DNA of 32,822 bases from Aeromicrobium sp. Its GTDB lineage: Bacteria > Actinomycetota > Actinomycetes > Propionibacteriales > Nocardioidaceae. A program made the position numbers and the translations under genes. The notes beneath the pieces are model-generated. The model saw only the letters and a program-made list of their open reading frames with translations, made no database searches and was not told the origin of the DNA. Below, in pieces: positions 14,474 to 24,927 of this stretch. The stretch lies in assembly GCA_035250065.1 (NCBI GenBank), contig DATFFJ010000117.1, forward strand, positions 1-32,822, given 5' to 3'. The number at the start of each line of letters is the position of its first letter. Position 1 is the stretch's first letter.

Positions 14474-15121
14474 TCAGTGGCTTGCGCTGCCGGTTGTCGC
14501 GAGTGTCGCGCCGAGGCCGATCATCATGGCGCCGCCGGTGGTGCCGAGGTGATCGAGTCGTTGTGGCTTGCGAGCAAACCAGTCGCGAGCCCGAGACGCG
14601 GCAACGACCCAGCAGCCGTCCGAGACGATCGCCATGGCGCAGAACAGGGCGCCGAGCGCGATGAGCTGGAGCGCCGCGGGCGACGACGCGTCGATGAACT
14701 GAGGCAGGAAGGCGGCGAAGAAGACCAGCGTCTTCGGGTTGGTGATTCCGACGACCATGCCGGTGCGGACCGAGCCCCAAGCTGACATGGGTCGTGGCGC
14801 GCTGGACATGCCTGCCATGGTCTGCCGGGCGTCGCCCCGGTGCCTGATCGCTTGGACGCCCAGGTAGACGACGTAGGCCGCACCCGCCAGCTTCAAGACG
14901 GTGAAGGCCGTGGCTGAAGCGGCGACCAGGGCACCAAGACCGATGGCCAGCGCGATGATCTGGCCAAAGACGCCGACGCCATTGCCGACGGCCGACAGCA
15001 GCGCGTCCCGGCGCCCCACGGTCAGTGCGCGTCCGATGGTGAACAGCAGGCTCGGTCCCGGAACCTGGATGAACAAGAGGGACGCAAGGATGAAGGCGAC
15101 GAACTGGCTGACCGATGACAC
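14474..15121 (-). CDS. LysE/RhtB-family amino acid exporter
   Basis: PGPS, LKLAGAAYVVYLG, ITNPKTLVFFAAFLPQF and several hydrophobic segments. Start GTG 15121 (or ATG 15139). Confidence 0.9.
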   Translation of the reverse strand: MSSVSQFVAFILASLLFIQVPGPSLLFTIGRALTVGRRDALLSAVGNGVGVFGQIIALAIGLGALVAASATAFTVLKLAGAAYVVYLGVQAIRHRGDARQTMAGMSSAPRPMSAWGSVRTGMVVGITNPKTLVFFAAFLPQFIDASSPAALQLIALGALFCAMAIVSDGCWVVAASRARDWFARKPQRLDHLGTTGGAMMIGLGATLATTGSASH

Positions 15122-15164
15122 GAATCCATCATCGCGCATTGGCGCTGGGGACTACCGTGAGGAA

Positions 15165-15671
15165 GTGGCCGCTGGGCAAGCCGGGTCGGGGCGGATTCCC
15201 CGAGTCCTCGTCGTGGACGACGCGCCGTCCATCCGGCTCCTGATCCGCACGAACCTTGAGCTGGCGGAGTTCGATGTGCACGAGGTCGAGGACGGCCTCG
15301 CGTGTCTCTCACATCTGGCCGCGGTCGACGAGCTGCCCGACGTCGTCACGCTTGACGTGATGATGCCGAAGCAGGGCGGACTCGCCACCGCAGCCGCCAT
15401 TCGGTCCGACCCGCGCACCGCCGGTGTCGGCATCGTCATGGTCACGACACAGAACCTGCCGAGTGACATCGCCCGGGGCGAGCGGGCGGGCGTCGATGCC
15501 TACCTGACAAAGCCGTTCGATCCCGACGAGCTGGTGGCCACGGTGAAGGCGGTGGCCGCCCGGGCGGCCACGCGCTCAGGGGGCGCACCGGATCCCACGG
15601 TCCTAATCGCGCCCCGGGCCCCCCTGTCCCCGCCGGTACCCTTGACCGGTGACTCCGGAGCAGCTGTCTGA
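15165..15671 (+). CDS. Single-domain response regulator (receiver only)
   Basis: RVLVVDD, PDVVTLDVMMP (phospho-Asp), MVT, YLTKPFDP, with no output domain. GTG 15165 has TACCGT 6 nt upstream. Confidence 0.85.
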   Translation: MAAGQAGSGRIPRVLVVDDAPSIRLLIRTNLELAEFDVHEVEDGLACLSHLAAVDELPDVVTLDVMMPKQGGLATAAAIRSDPRTAGVGIVMVTTQNLPSDIARGERAGVDAYLTKPFDPDELVATVKAVAARAATRSGGAPDPTVLIAPRAPLSPPVPLTGDSGAAV

Positions 15672-17328
15672 CGCCTTCGTGGCCGCCCTCGCCGACCTTG
15701 TGGCAGCGGGTGAGATCACGCTGCCCGGCGGCGTTCCGGCGACGGTCCTGGTGGAGCGGCCGAAGGTCAAGGAGCACGGCGACTACGCCACCAACGTCGC
15801 GCTTCAACTGGGCAAGAAGGCCGGGCTCGACCCGCGCGAGTTCGCCGGGCTGCTCGCTGATCGGCTCGCCGGCCGCGACGACATCGCCTCGGTGGACGTG
15901 GCCGGACCCGGCTTCCTGAATGTCCGGGTCGCTGCCGCTGCCCAGGGCTCGCTCGCTGCGGAGATCGTGCGTTCCGGAGCCGCCTACGGCACCAACGAGG
16001 CGAGTGTCGGCCATCGCATCAATCTCGAGTTCATCAGCGCCAACCCGACCGGTCCACTTCATCTGGGGCACACCCGCTGGGCCGCCGTGGGCGATGCGCT
16101 CGCCCGTGTCCTGCGCGCGTCGGGCGCCGAGGTGAGCACCGAGTTCTACATCAACGACCGTGGGACCCAGATGGACAAGTTCGGGGAGTCCCTGGCAGCG
16201 CGCGCACGAGGTGAACAGCCCCCGGCGGACGGCTACCACGGCGAATACGTCGCGGCACTCGCCGCGCGCGTGGTCGAGCGCAACCCGAGTGTTCTCGAGC
16301 TTCCGGTTGATGAGCAGGTCGCTGTCTTCCGCGAGGCCGGCTACGAGCTCCAGCTCGCCGAGCAACGGTCCGAGCTTGAGGAGTTCCGCACGCATTTCGA
16401 TGTGTGGTTCTCGGAGCGATCACTGCATGGGGACACCGGCGGGGTGGCGGGCGCGGTCGAGCACGGGTTTGACCGTCTGCGTGAACAGGGCCACCTGTAC
16501 GAGGCCGACGGCGCGACCTGGATGCGCACCACGGACTTCAATGACGACAAAGACCGCGTCCTCGTCAAGGCCGACGGTGAGTTGACGTACTTCGCGTCGG
16601 ACACCGCCTACTACGTCAACAAGCGGGAGCGCGGCTTCGACCGCTGCATCTATCTGCTGGGCGCCGACCACCATGGCTACGTCGGCCGCTTGTCAGCCAT
16701 GGCCGCCTGCGTCGGCGACTCGCCGGGTGAGCACCTGGAGGTGCTCATCGGCCAGCTGGTGAAGATCGTGCAAAACGGCGAGGAGCTCAAGCTGTCGAAG
16801 CGGGCCGGCACGATCGTCTCGCTGCGTGAGCTCATCGACCTGATCGGGGTCGATCCGCTGCGCTACACGCTCAGCCGCTACCCGGTCGATTCGCCGCTGA
16901 CGCTCGACGTCGCCGAGATGACCAGCAAGAGCAACGACAACCCGGTGTACTACGTGCAGTACGCGCACGCGCGGATGTCGAGCATCCTGCGCAATGCCGC
17001 TGACCTCGGTATTCCGGTCGACGTCGAGGTATTCGACGCCGGCCAGCTGGCCGCAGAGCAGGAGGGTGATCTGCTGCGCGCGTTGGCCGAGTTCCCGCGG
17101 GTCGTGGCACGGTCCGCCGAACTGCGCGAGCCGCACCGAGTCGCCCGCTATCTGGAGGCCACGGCCGCCGCCTTCCACCAGTTCTACGACCATTGCCGGG
17201 TCCTGCCCCAAGGTGACGAGGTGGTCGGGCCCGTTCACCAAGCACGGCTTGTGCTGATCGCGGCCACCCGTCAGGTGATCGGCAACGGCCTCGGGCTTCT
17301 CGGCGTCTCTGCGCCGGAGCGGATGTGA
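15649..17328 (+). CDS. argS: Arginine--tRNA ligase
   Basis: HGDYATN, EFISANPTGPLHLGH (HIGH), GADHHGY, KLSKRAG (KMSKS), YVQYAHAR, C-terminal APERM. Confidence 0.97.
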   Translation: MTPEQLSDAFVAALADLVAAGEITLPGGVPATVLVERPKVKEHGDYATNVALQLGKKAGLDPREFAGLLADRLAGRDDIASVDVAGPGFLNVRVAAAAQGSLAAEIVRSGAAYGTNEASVGHRINLEFISANPTGPLHLGHTRWAAVGDALARVLRASGAEVSTEFYINDRGTQMDKFGESLAARARGEQPPADGYHGEYVAALAARVVERNPSVLELPVDEQVAVFREAGYELQLAEQRSELEEFRTHFDVWFSERSLHGDTGGVAGAVEHGFDRLREQGHLYEADGATWMRTTDFNDDKDRVLVKADGELTYFASDTAYYVNKRERGFDRCIYLLGADHHGYVGRLSAMAACVGDSPGEHLEVLIGQLVKIVQNGEELKLSKRAGTIVSLRELIDLIGVDPLRYTLSRYPVDSPLTLDVAEMTSKSNDNPVYYVQYAHARMSSILRNAADLGIPVDVEVFDAGQLAAEQEGDLLRALAEFPRVVARSAELREPHRVARYLEATAAAFHQFYDHCRVLPQGDEVVGPVHQARLVLIAATRQVIGNGLGLLGVSAPERM

Positions 17329-17332
17329 CGCC

Positions 17333-18709
17333 ATGAGTGAGCTCACGCGACCCGACATTCGGGGATGGCTGAAGAAGCCGGACGACGTCAACGAGCTCGT
17401 ACCAGCCTTGTGGGCGTCCGGTGTGTCCAAGGTTGACGGTGTCCTGACCGTTGCGGGTTTGACCGCCACCGAGCTCGCCGCGGAGTTCGGCACGCCGACA
17501 TATGTCGTCGACGAGGACGATTTCCGGTCGCGGGCGCGGGCGTTCCGCGAGGCTTTCGGCCGCGTGGGCGCAGACGTCTACTACGCCGGCAAGGCGTTCC
17601 TGTGCGTGGCCGCGGCCCGCTGGGTGGCCGACGAGGGGCTCAACCTGGACGTATGCAGCGGCGGCGAACTGGCGGTCGCACTGCGGGCCGGGTTCCCGCC
17701 CGGCCGGATCGGCATGCACGGCAACAACAAGTCCGTGGCCGAGCTGCGGCGTGCGCTGGAAGTCGGAGTGGGTCGCATCATCGTCGACTCGGCCGAGGAG
17801 ATCGCCCGCCTCGATGCCCTCACGACCGAGCTCGGTGTGAAGGCCCCGGTCCTCGTGCGCGTCACGGCCGGAGTCGAGGCGCACACGCACGAGTACATCT
17901 CGACCTCGCACGAAGACCAGAAGTTCGGCTTCGCCATCACCGGTGGTGCCGCGATGGACGCGGTGCGGAAGGCGCACGAGGCGCCGGGCTTGGAGCTGAT
18001 CGGGCTGCACTCGCACATCGGCTCCCAGATCTTCGTCACCGATGGATTTGAGGTGGCCGCGCGCCGCGTCCTGCGCCTGCACGCGCAGATCCGAGACGAA
18101 CTCGGCGTCGAGCTTCCCGAACTGGATCTTGGCGGTGGCTTCGGGATCGCGTATACGACGCAGGACGACCCCGCCACCCCCGACGCACTGGCCACGAGCA
18201 TGCGCGCCATCGTCGATGCCGAATGCGCGAGCCTCGGGGTCAACGTTCCGCGCCTGTCGGTGGAGCCCGGTCGAGCCATCGCCGGTCCCTCCACGTTCAC
18301 CCTCTATGAAGTCGGCACGGCCAAGGACGTTGAGCTCGACGGTGGTGCGAGCCGGAAGTACGTGTCGGTCGACGGCGGCATGAGCGACAACGTCCGGCCG
18401 GCGCTCTACGGCGCCGATTATTCGTGCACCCTTGCCTCGCGGTCATCGTCGGCCGCACCGGTGCTCAGCCGAGTGGTCGGCAAGCACTGCGAGTCGGGCG
18501 ACATCGTCGTGCGGGACGAATACCTGCCGGCTGACGTCCGGGCCGGCGACCTGATCGCCGTGCCCGGGACGGGGGCCTATTGCCGCTCGATGGCCAGCAC
18601 GTACAACCACGTGCCGCGCGCCGCGGTGGTGGCCGTTCGATCGGGTGAGGCACGGGTAATCCTGCGTCGCGAGACCGAGGACGACCTGTTCGCCCTGGAC
18701 GAGGGCTAG
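17333..18709 (+). CDS. lysA: Diaminopimelate decarboxylase
   Basis: YAGKAF (PLP Lys), HGNNKS, HSHIGSQI, EPGR, GKHCESGD, GAYC. Follows argS. Confidence 0.97.
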   Translation: MSELTRPDIRGWLKKPDDVNELVPALWASGVSKVDGVLTVAGLTATELAAEFGTPTYVVDEDDFRSRARAFREAFGRVGADVYYAGKAFLCVAAARWVADEGLNLDVCSGGELAVALRAGFPPGRIGMHGNNKSVAELRRALEVGVGRIIVDSAEEIARLDALTTELGVKAPVLVRVTAGVEAHTHEYISTSHEDQKFGFAITGGAAMDAVRKAHEAPGLELIGLHSHIGSQIFVTDGFEVAARRVLRLHAQIRDELGVELPELDLGGGFGIAYTTQDDPATPDALATSMRAIVDAECASLGVNVPRLSVEPGRAIAGPSTFTLYEVGTAKDVELDGGASRKYVSVDGGMSDNVRPALYGADYSCTLASRSSSAAPVLSRVVGKHCESGDIVVRDEYLPADVRAGDLIAVPGTGAYCRSMASTYNHVPRAAVVAVRSGEARVILRRETEDDLFALDEG

Positions 18710-18727
18710 ATCTGGTTGCCGGGCAGC

Positions 18728-19219
18728 TCAGGCTGCGCAGATTTGCGTCGGCGTCTCATCGGTCGTCGACTGACGGTCTTTCTCCTCGCCGTCCACGGTG
18801 ATCACGCAGGTTGAGTGAATTCCGAGCGTGTTCGTTGATATGCCGACCTGTACGACCGGAAACCCGCTGTTGATCGTTCGGCTGCGCTGGACATTCCCCC
18901 GGCCCGCTTCGGTCTCGGGGTCGTTGCGCCACGTGATCTCATAGTGTGCGCCCCCGGTGATTGTCACCTTGACCTCGTGCTTGCCCCGCTTGCCGAACTC
19001 GCTGGTGAAGATGCTCTGCGTGGCTGGCCCGATCCTGCGTGCTGGACCGTGGCCGGCATTGGGGTCGAGTGGTGCGACGGCGTCGGTGTCGGACACGTCG
19101 GTGGGGGCCTCCGGCAGCGTCGCGGTCACGATGTCTGAGCTGAAAGCAGCAGCGCTCACCAAGGCCAGCCCGAGAATGATGACGATGCTGGCCGCAGCCA
19201 TACGAGCGATGCGACGCAT
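18728..19219 (-). CDS. Membrane-anchored/secreted protein with MmpS-like C-terminal domain
   Basis: Basic N-terminus plus hydrophobic helix, low-complexity linker, C-terminal CVITVDG...C pair. TAACCT 6 nt upstream of the ATG. Confidence 0.6.
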   Translation of the reverse strand: MRRIARMAAASIVIILGLALVSAAAFSSDIVTATLPEAPTDVSDTDAVAPLDPNAGHGPARRIGPATQSIFTSEFGKRGKHEVKVTITGGAHYEITWRNDPETEAGRGNVQRSRTINSGFPVVQVGISTNTLGIHSTCVITVDGEEKDRQSTTDETPTQICAA

Positions 19220-19261
19220 ACTCCAAGGTTAGCGGGGGGTCCACGCCGATACGCTGGTGCG

Positions 19262-20554
19262 GTGAGCTCCCTGAAGGTCGCGCTGCTCGGCTGCGGCGTT
19301 GTTGGTTCGGAGGTCGCGCGCGTCCTGACGAAGGATGCGGGTGAGCTTGCGAACCGCATCGGAGCGCCCTTGGAGCTGGTCGGCATTGCCGTGCGCGACC
19401 TCGAGCGGCATCGCGGCCGCGGGCTGCCGGACGAGCTCTTCACCACCGATGCGCACGAACTCGTCACGCGTGGTGACCTGGACATCGTGATCGAGGTCAT
19501 TGGCGGCATCGAGCCGGCCCGCGAGCTCATCATGTCGGCGCTCGAGCATGGCGCCTCCGTCGTCACGGCCAACAAGGCGTTGCTCGCCCGCGACGCGGAG
19601 GCTCTGTACGACGCCGCTGCGAAGGCCGACCGGGACCTTGCGTTCGAGGCCGCCGTCGCCGGCGCCATTCCGATCGTCCGCCCACTGCGGGAATCGCTGG
19701 CCGGAGATGCGGTCGAGCGCGTGCTTGGCATCGTCAACGGCACGACCAACTTCATCCTCGACTCCATGACGACGACCGGCGAGAGTTTCGAGTCCGCGCT
19801 CGCCGAGGCCCAGCGTCTCGGTTACGCGGAGGCCGACCCGACTGCGGACATCGAGGGTCATGACGCGGCCGCCAAGGCGGCGATCCTCGCCGGGCTGGCG
19901 TTCCACACGCGGGTGACCATTGGCGACGTCCATTGCGAGGGCATCAGTGGAGTGACGTCCGCCGACGTGGCATTGGCCAAGGAGATCGACAGCGTCGTCA
20001 AGCTGCTGGCCATCTGCGAGAAGGTCGACACGCCCGAGGGCCCGGCCATCTCGGTGCGCGTGCACCCGGAGATGATCCCCGACACCCACCCGCTGGCCAG
20101 TGTTCGCGGTGCGTTCAACGCCGTGTTCGTCGAGAGCGAGTCGGCTGGAGAGCTGATGTTCTACGGTCCCGGTGCCGGCGGTTCGCCCACCGCCAGTGCG
20201 GTCCTCGGCGACGTCGTCTCGGCGGCACGTAACCGCGTGCGCGGGGTCGTCGGTCCAGGGGAGTCGACCCACGCTGACCTCGAAGTCGTCGACATCGGCC
20301 GGACCCGGACGAGTTACCACCTGGCCATCGACGTTGATGACCGTACCGGCGTGCTTGCCGCGATTGCCCAGGTGTTCGCTGACCACGGCGTGTCCATCAA
20401 GACGGTGCGGCAGGACGGGTACGACGAGGATGCCCAGCTTGTCATCGTCACCCATCAGGCGCTCGATGCGAACCTGGCCGCGACGGCAGCCGCGCTGCGC
20501 GAGTTGGACGTGGTCCACGACGTTTCGTCAGTCATTCGGGTCGAAGGAAGCTAG
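19262..20554 (+). CDS. hom: Homoserine dehydrogenase with C-terminal ACT domain
   Basis: [48 protein letters not shown]. Confidence 0.96.
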   Translation: MSSLKVALLGCGVVGSEVARVLTKDAGELANRIGAPLELVGIAVRDLERHRGRGLPDELFTTDAHELVTRGDLDIVIEVIGGIEPARELIMSALEHGASVVTANKALLARDAEALYDAAAKADRDLAFEAAVAGAIPIVRPLRESLAGDAVERVLGIVNGTTNFILDSMTTTGESFESALAEAQRLGYAEADPTADIEGHDAAAKAAILAGLAFHTRVTIGDVHCEGISGVTSADVALAKEIDSVVKLLAICEKVDTPEGPAISVRVHPEMIPDTHPLASVRGAFNAVFVESESAGELMFYGPGAGGSPTASAVLGDVVSAARNRVRGVVGPGESTHADLEVVDIGRTRTSYHLAIDVDDRTGVLAAIAQVFADHGVSIKTVRQDGYDEDAQLVIVTHQALDANLAATAAALRELDVVHDVSSVIRVEGS

Positions 20555-20556
20555 GC

Positions 20557-21627
20557 ATGGTCGAGTCCAATGTGCACGTCGGAGACGGCCCGTGGCGCGG
20601 CGTCATTGCCGAGTTCCGTGACCGGCTCCCGCTCGCACCCGACGCGCCAGTCATCACGCTGAGCGAAGGGGGCACCCCGCTCGTCCCCTCGGCGTGGCTG
20701 TCAGGACTGACCGGCGGCGACGTTCATCTGAAGGTCGAGGGGAGTAACCCCACCGGGTCGTTCAAGGACCGCGGCATGACGCTGGCGATCTCGCATGCCG
20801 CCGGTGAGGGCGCCAAGGCTGTGGTGTGCGCATCGACCGGCAACACGTCCGCCTCGATGGCGGCCTACGCCGCGCGCGCGGGACTGACGCCGATCGTGCT
20901 GGTGCCGCACGGCCGCATCGCGGCCGGCAAGATGGCCCAGGCGGTCATGTTCGGGGCCGAGATCATCCAGATCCGTGGTGGCTTCGACGAGTGCCTGAAC
21001 CTGGCGCGCGGGCTCGCCGACGAGTACCCGGTCTCGCTGGTCAACTCGGTCAATCCCATGCGGCTGCAAGGACAGAAGACGGCGTCCTTCGAGATCATCG
21101 CTCAGCTCGGCGCTGCCCCCGATCTCCATGTGATGCCGGTCGGCAACGCCGGCAACATCTCCGCGTACTGGATGGGCTTCGTCGAATCCGGTGTCGCACC
21201 GCGCATGTGGGGTTTCCAGGCAGCTGGAGCAGCACCGCTGGTGGTCGGTCACCCGATCTCCGATCCGCAGACCGTCGCCAGCGCCATCCGGATTGGCAAC
21301 CCGGCGTCGTGGGATCTTGCGATTGCAGCGCGGGATGAGTCCGGCGGGCGCATCGATGCCGTGACTGATGAGCAGATCCTTGCCGCACAGCGTGCGCTCG
21401 CCCGACACGACGGCGTGTTCGTCGAACCGGCGTCCGCCGCCGGCGTGGCCGGCTTGGTGGCTGCCGCCGAGGCTGGCGAGGTCGACCCCGGCATGACCAT
21501 CTCGGTCACGGTGACCGGCAACGGGCTGAAGGACATCGAGACTGCCTTGGGCGGCGTCGATTCGGTCGTCGACTCGGTCATCGATGCCGACGTGCACGAG
21601 GCAGCGCGGGCGGCCGGCCTCGCATGA
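20557..21627 (+). CDS. thrC: Threonine synthase
   Basis: [48 protein letters not shown]. Confidence 0.96.
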   Translation: MVESNVHVGDGPWRGVIAEFRDRLPLAPDAPVITLSEGGTPLVPSAWLSGLTGGDVHLKVEGSNPTGSFKDRGMTLAISHAAGEGAKAVVCASTGNTSASMAAYAARAGLTPIVLVPHGRIAAGKMAQAVMFGAEIIQIRGGFDECLNLARGLADEYPVSLVNSVNPMRLQGQKTASFEIIAQLGAAPDLHVMPVGNAGNISAYWMGFVESGVAPRMWGFQAAGAAPLVVGHPISDPQTVASAIRIGNPASWDLAIAARDESGGRIDAVTDEQILAAQRALARHDGVFVEPASAAGVAGLVAAAEAGEVDPGMTISVTVTGNGLKDIETALGGVDSVVDSVIDADVHEAARAAGLA

Positions 21628-22508
21628 CAGTCCCCGGCAAGCGGGAGGTACCCCCCGCGAATGGTGTGAGCACCGTCGTCGTCCCGGCCAGCAGCGCGAA
21701 CCTCGGCCCGGGGTTCGACGCTTTTGGGCTGGCGCTCACCCTGCGCGACGAGTTGATCGCGACCGAGATCCCGTCCGGCCTTGAGATCGAGGTGACGGGC
21801 GAAGGCGCCGAGAGCATCCCCCGCGGACCGGAGCACCTCGTGGTGAAGGCCATGGAGGCCGCGTTCGCTCACCTGGGCGCTCGCCCGACAGGCATTCGGC
21901 TGACCTGCACGAACGCCATCCCACACGCCCGCGGGTTGGGCTCGTCCGCAGCCGCGATCGTCGGGGGACTGACGCTCGGTGGACAACTCGTCGGGCAACC
22001 GCTGGAGCAGCGTGACCTCCTGGTACTGGCGACACGGCTCGAAGGACATCCGGACAACGTCGCCGCGGCGATCCACGGTGGATTCACGATCGCGTGGATC
22101 GAGCCGAATGGCCCGCAGGTACTGCGCCTGGACGCGCAGGTGCCCGCCACGGTGCTCATCCCGCCCTCGCCGGTTTCGACCGACATGGCCCGGCGGCTGC
22201 TGCCGGCTCGCGTTCCGCACGCGGACGCTGCCTCGAACGCCGCGCGGGCCGCGCTGATGGTCGCAGCGCTGCAGGGACACCCCGAGCTTCTGATGGCTGC
22301 GACCGAGGACTCCCTGCATCAGCCCTACCGAGCCGAAGCGATGCCGCAGTCGTACGAACTCGTTCAGGAGCTTCGGTCGGTGGACATTCCGGCGGTGATC
22401 TCAGGCGCTGGTCCCACCGTCCTCGCGTTCGCCCGTGAACTCCCCGTGCCGGACGGCTGGGCGGCGCACGAGCTCGACGTCGACCCGAGCGGCGTGCAAG
22501 TGCGCTGA
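21624..22508 (+). CDS. thrB: Homoserine kinase
   Basis: [46 protein letters not shown] overlap with thrC. Confidence 0.96.
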   Translation: MTVPGKREVPPANGVSTVVVPASSANLGPGFDAFGLALTLRDELIATEIPSGLEIEVTGEGAESIPRGPEHLVVKAMEAAFAHLGARPTGIRLTCTNAIPHARGLGSSAAAIVGGLTLGGQLVGQPLEQRDLLVLATRLEGHPDNVAAAIHGGFTIAWIEPNGPQVLRLDAQVPATVLIPPSPVSTDMARRLLPARVPHADAASNAARAALMVAALQGHPELLMAATEDSLHQPYRAEAMPQSYELVQELRSVDIPAVISGAGPTVLAFARELPVPDGWAAHELDVDPSGVQVR

Positions 22509-22535
22509 GTGTCGCCGCGACGGATCACGCGGACC

Positions 22536-22692
22536 TGTTACAGTTGATGGGTCGGAGTCGAGATCTTCTCCCCGACAGCATCACTCTGATGAACCAGCCC
22601 AGTGGGTCAAACCACGGTGGCTGCACCTCACGTGACGAATTCCGCTCTGCAGGTTTCGACCGGCCGGTGGAATCGTCCAGTAAAGGAACCAC
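22536..22692 (+). promoter_or_regulatory. rho promoter (TGtTACAGT) and ~140-nt structured 5' leader
   Basis: Extended -10 at 22536-22544. Imperfect hairpins at 22551-22576, 22595-22623 and 22634-22677. AAAGGA RBS before GTG 22693. Confidence 0.5.
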
Positions 22693-24306
22693 GTGTCTGA
22701 CAAGACGACTGAGAACGTCGAATCACCCGCGCCCGCAGTGGCGACCGATACCGATTCGACGGAAACTCCGAAACAGCAAGCCGCTCCGAAGAAGTCCGGT
22801 GGCGGCCTCGGCGGCAAAGTGATCGCCGAACTCCAGGAAATCGCCGCCGAGCTCAAGATCGACGGTGCGTCCAGCATGCGCAAGGGCGAGCTGATCGACG
22901 CCATCAAGGCGGCCCGCGGCGACGCCAAGGCCACGCCCAAGTCCAAGACCGACGCCATCGGTGCGGCTGACGTCAAGGAGTCCAAGCCCGCGCAGGGAGC
23001 CAACCGCAATCATCCCCCGCAAGCGGGAGGTGCCCCCAGCAACCAAGGCAACGCTGGCGGTGCCGGCAGCCCGGACGGCGATGAAGGCACCGGCCGGCGG
23101 CGCAACCGCCGCGGCCGCAACCGGGGCGGCAACCGCGGCCCCGACGGCGAACCGGTGATCACCGACGACGACGTGCTCGTCCCGGCCGCCGGGATCCTCG
23201 ACATCCTCGACAACTACGCGTTCGTGCGCACCACCGGCTACATCCCCAGCGAGAGCGACGTCTATGTCTCGCTGTCGATGGTCAAGAAGTGGGGCCTGCG
23301 CAAGGGCGATGCGATCGTCGGCCAGGTCCGCCAGCCGCGCGAGGGTGAGCGCAAGGAGAAGTTCAATCCGATGGTGCGCGTCGACACCGTCAACGGCATG
23401 ACGATCGACGACGCCAAGAAGCGCGTCGAGTTCGCCGGCCTCACCCCGGTGTACCCGACCGAGCGGCTGCGCCTCGAGGGCCAGGCCGCGGGTCTGACCG
23501 GCCGCGTCATCGACCTCGTCGCTCCGATCGGCAAGGGCCAGCGGGGCCTCATTGTGTCGCCGCCGAAGGCCGGCAAGACGCTGATCATGCAGCAGATCGC
23601 CAACGCCATCACCGAGAACAACCCTGAGGTCCACCTCATGGTGGTCCTCGTCGACGAGCGCCCAGAGGAGGTCACCGACTTCCAGCGTTCGGTCAAGGGT
23701 GAGGTCATTTCGTCCACGTTTGATCGACCCGCCACCGACCACACCACGGTCGCCGAGCTTGCGATCGAGCGGGCCAAACGGCTCGTCGAGCTGGGTCACG
23801 ACGTCGTCGTGCTGCTCGACGGCATCACCCGCCTCGGCCGGGCCTACAACCTGGCTGCACCCGCCTCCGGCCGGATCATGTCCGGCGGTGTCGACTCGTC
23901 CGCGCTCTACCCGCCGAAGAAGATCTTCGGTGCGGCGCGCAACATCGAGGACGGCGGCTCGCTGACGATCATCGCCACCGCGCTGGTCGAGACCGGCTCA
24001 CGCATGGACGAGGTGATCTTCGAGGAGTTCAAGGGCACCGGCAACATGGAGCTGCGGCTGCGTCGCGAGTTCGCCGACAAGCGCATCTTCCCGGCGATCG
24101 ACGTCTCGGCGTCGAGCACCCGCCGCGAGGAGCTGCTCATCGACAAGGACGAGCTCGCCATCGTCTGGAAACTGCGCCGCCTGCTGTCCGGGCTGGAAGG
24201 CTCACAGGGCCTGGAGCTCGTCCTGGACAAGCTGGGGAAGTCCAGCACGAACGCAGAGTTCCTGTTGCAGATCAACAAGACGATGCCCGAGGTGGCTGCC
24301 GAATAG
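22693..24306 (+). CDS. rho: Transcription termination factor Rho with polar N-terminal insertion
   Basis: [51 protein letters not shown]-like [18 protein letters not shown]. The G/N/R-rich insertion is typical of actinobacteria. Confidence 0.97.
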   Translation: MSDKTTENVESPAPAVATDTDSTETPKQQAAPKKSGGGLGGKVIAELQEIAAELKIDGASSMRKGELIDAIKAARGDAKATPKSKTDAIGAADVKESKPAQGANRNHPPQAGGAPSNQGNAGGAGSPDGDEGTGRRRNRRGRNRGGNRGPDGEPVITDDDVLVPAAGILDILDNYAFVRTTGYIPSESDVYVSLSMVKKWGLRKGDAIVGQVRQPREGERKEKFNPMVRVDTVNGMTIDDAKKRVEFAGLTPVYPTERLRLEGQAAGLTGRVIDLVAPIGKGQRGLIVSPPKAGKTLIMQQIANAITENNPEVHLMVVLVDERPEEVTDFQRSVKGEVISSTFDRPATDHTTVAELAIERAKRLVELGHDVVVLLDGITRLGRAYNLAAPASGRIMSGGVDSSALYPPKKIFGAARNIEDGGSLTIIATALVETGSRMDEVIFEEFKGTGNMELRLRREFADKRIFPAIDVSASSTRREELLIDKDELAIVWKLRRLLSGLEGSQGLELVLDKLGKSSTNAEFLLQINKTMPEVAAE

Positions 24307-24315
24307 GGTGAGGTC

Positions 24316-24801
24316 ATGACGACCGTCTACGACTTCACGGCCAAGGACATCAGCGGAGTTGAGCAGGCGCTCGCCGACTATCACGGCAAGGTGCTGCTCA
24401 TCGTCAACACCGCGTCCCAATGTGGCTTCACCCCGCAGTACGGGCCGCTGCAGGAGCTGTACGACAAGTACTCCAGCCGCGGCCTCGTCATCCTCGGCTT
24501 CCCGTGTGATCAATTCGGTCACCAGGAGCCGGGGAGCGAGGGCGAGATCTCCGCGTTCTGTGAGAGCGAGTTCGGCATCACGTTCCCGATGTTCAGCAAG
24601 ATCGACGTGAACGGCAAGAACGCCCACCCGCTGTACAAGTGGCTCAAGTCGGAGAAGAGCGGCATCCTCGGCGGCGCCATCAAGTGGAACTTCACGAAGT
24701 TTCTCGTCGATGCCGAGGGCAACGTCGTCAACCGATATGGCTCGACGACCACTCCGGAGAACATCGCCGCCGACATCGAACGGCTGCTGCCGGTCGAATA
24801 G
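24316..24801 (+). CDS. Cys-type glutathione peroxidase family protein (BtuE/Mpx-like)
   Basis: [39 protein letters not shown]. Cys rather than Sec at the active site. Confidence 0.93.
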   Translation: MTTVYDFTAKDISGVEQALADYHGKVLLIVNTASQCGFTPQYGPLQELYDKYSSRGLVILGFPCDQFGHQEPGSEGEISAFCESEFGITFPMFSKIDVNGKNAHPLYKWLKSEKSGILGGAIKWNFTKFLVDAEGNVVNRYGSTTTPENIAADIERLLPVE

Positions 24802-24820
24802 GACTTGATCACAGGCTTGA

Positions 24821-24851
24821 TTCAAGTCAGGGCGATTCGCCCCGACTTGAA
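24821..24851. repeat. 15-bp inverted repeat with one mismatch (terminator-like hairpin or operator)
   Basis: TTCAAGTCAGGGCGA-t-TCGCCCCGACTTGAA, 19 nt after the gpx stop, with no U-tract on the + strand. Confidence 0.65.
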
Positions 24852-24873
24852 CAAACTGGCATCATTGATCCTT

Positions 24874-24910
24874 GGCTCTGGTTCACCGGCGGACGTCCGG
24901 ACCCAGCGCC
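24874..24910 (+). ncRNA. Putative L31 (rpmE) ribosomal-protein leader of actinobacterial type
   Basis: Nested pairing GGC/GCC, CTGG/CCAG, CCGG/CCGG with a GGTTCAC...GACCC core directly upstream of the rpmE RBS. Family match is from memory. Confidence 0.55.
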
Positions 24911-24927
24911 CCAGAGAGGAACTGTTC

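Noticed and set aside
24415-24430. Selenocysteine recoding in the glutathione peroxidase
   Set aside because: The active-site codon is TGT (Cys), not TGA.
24798-24813. TCACA half-site as a CRP box downstream of gpx
   Set aside because: The left half (ATAGG) does not match TGTGA.
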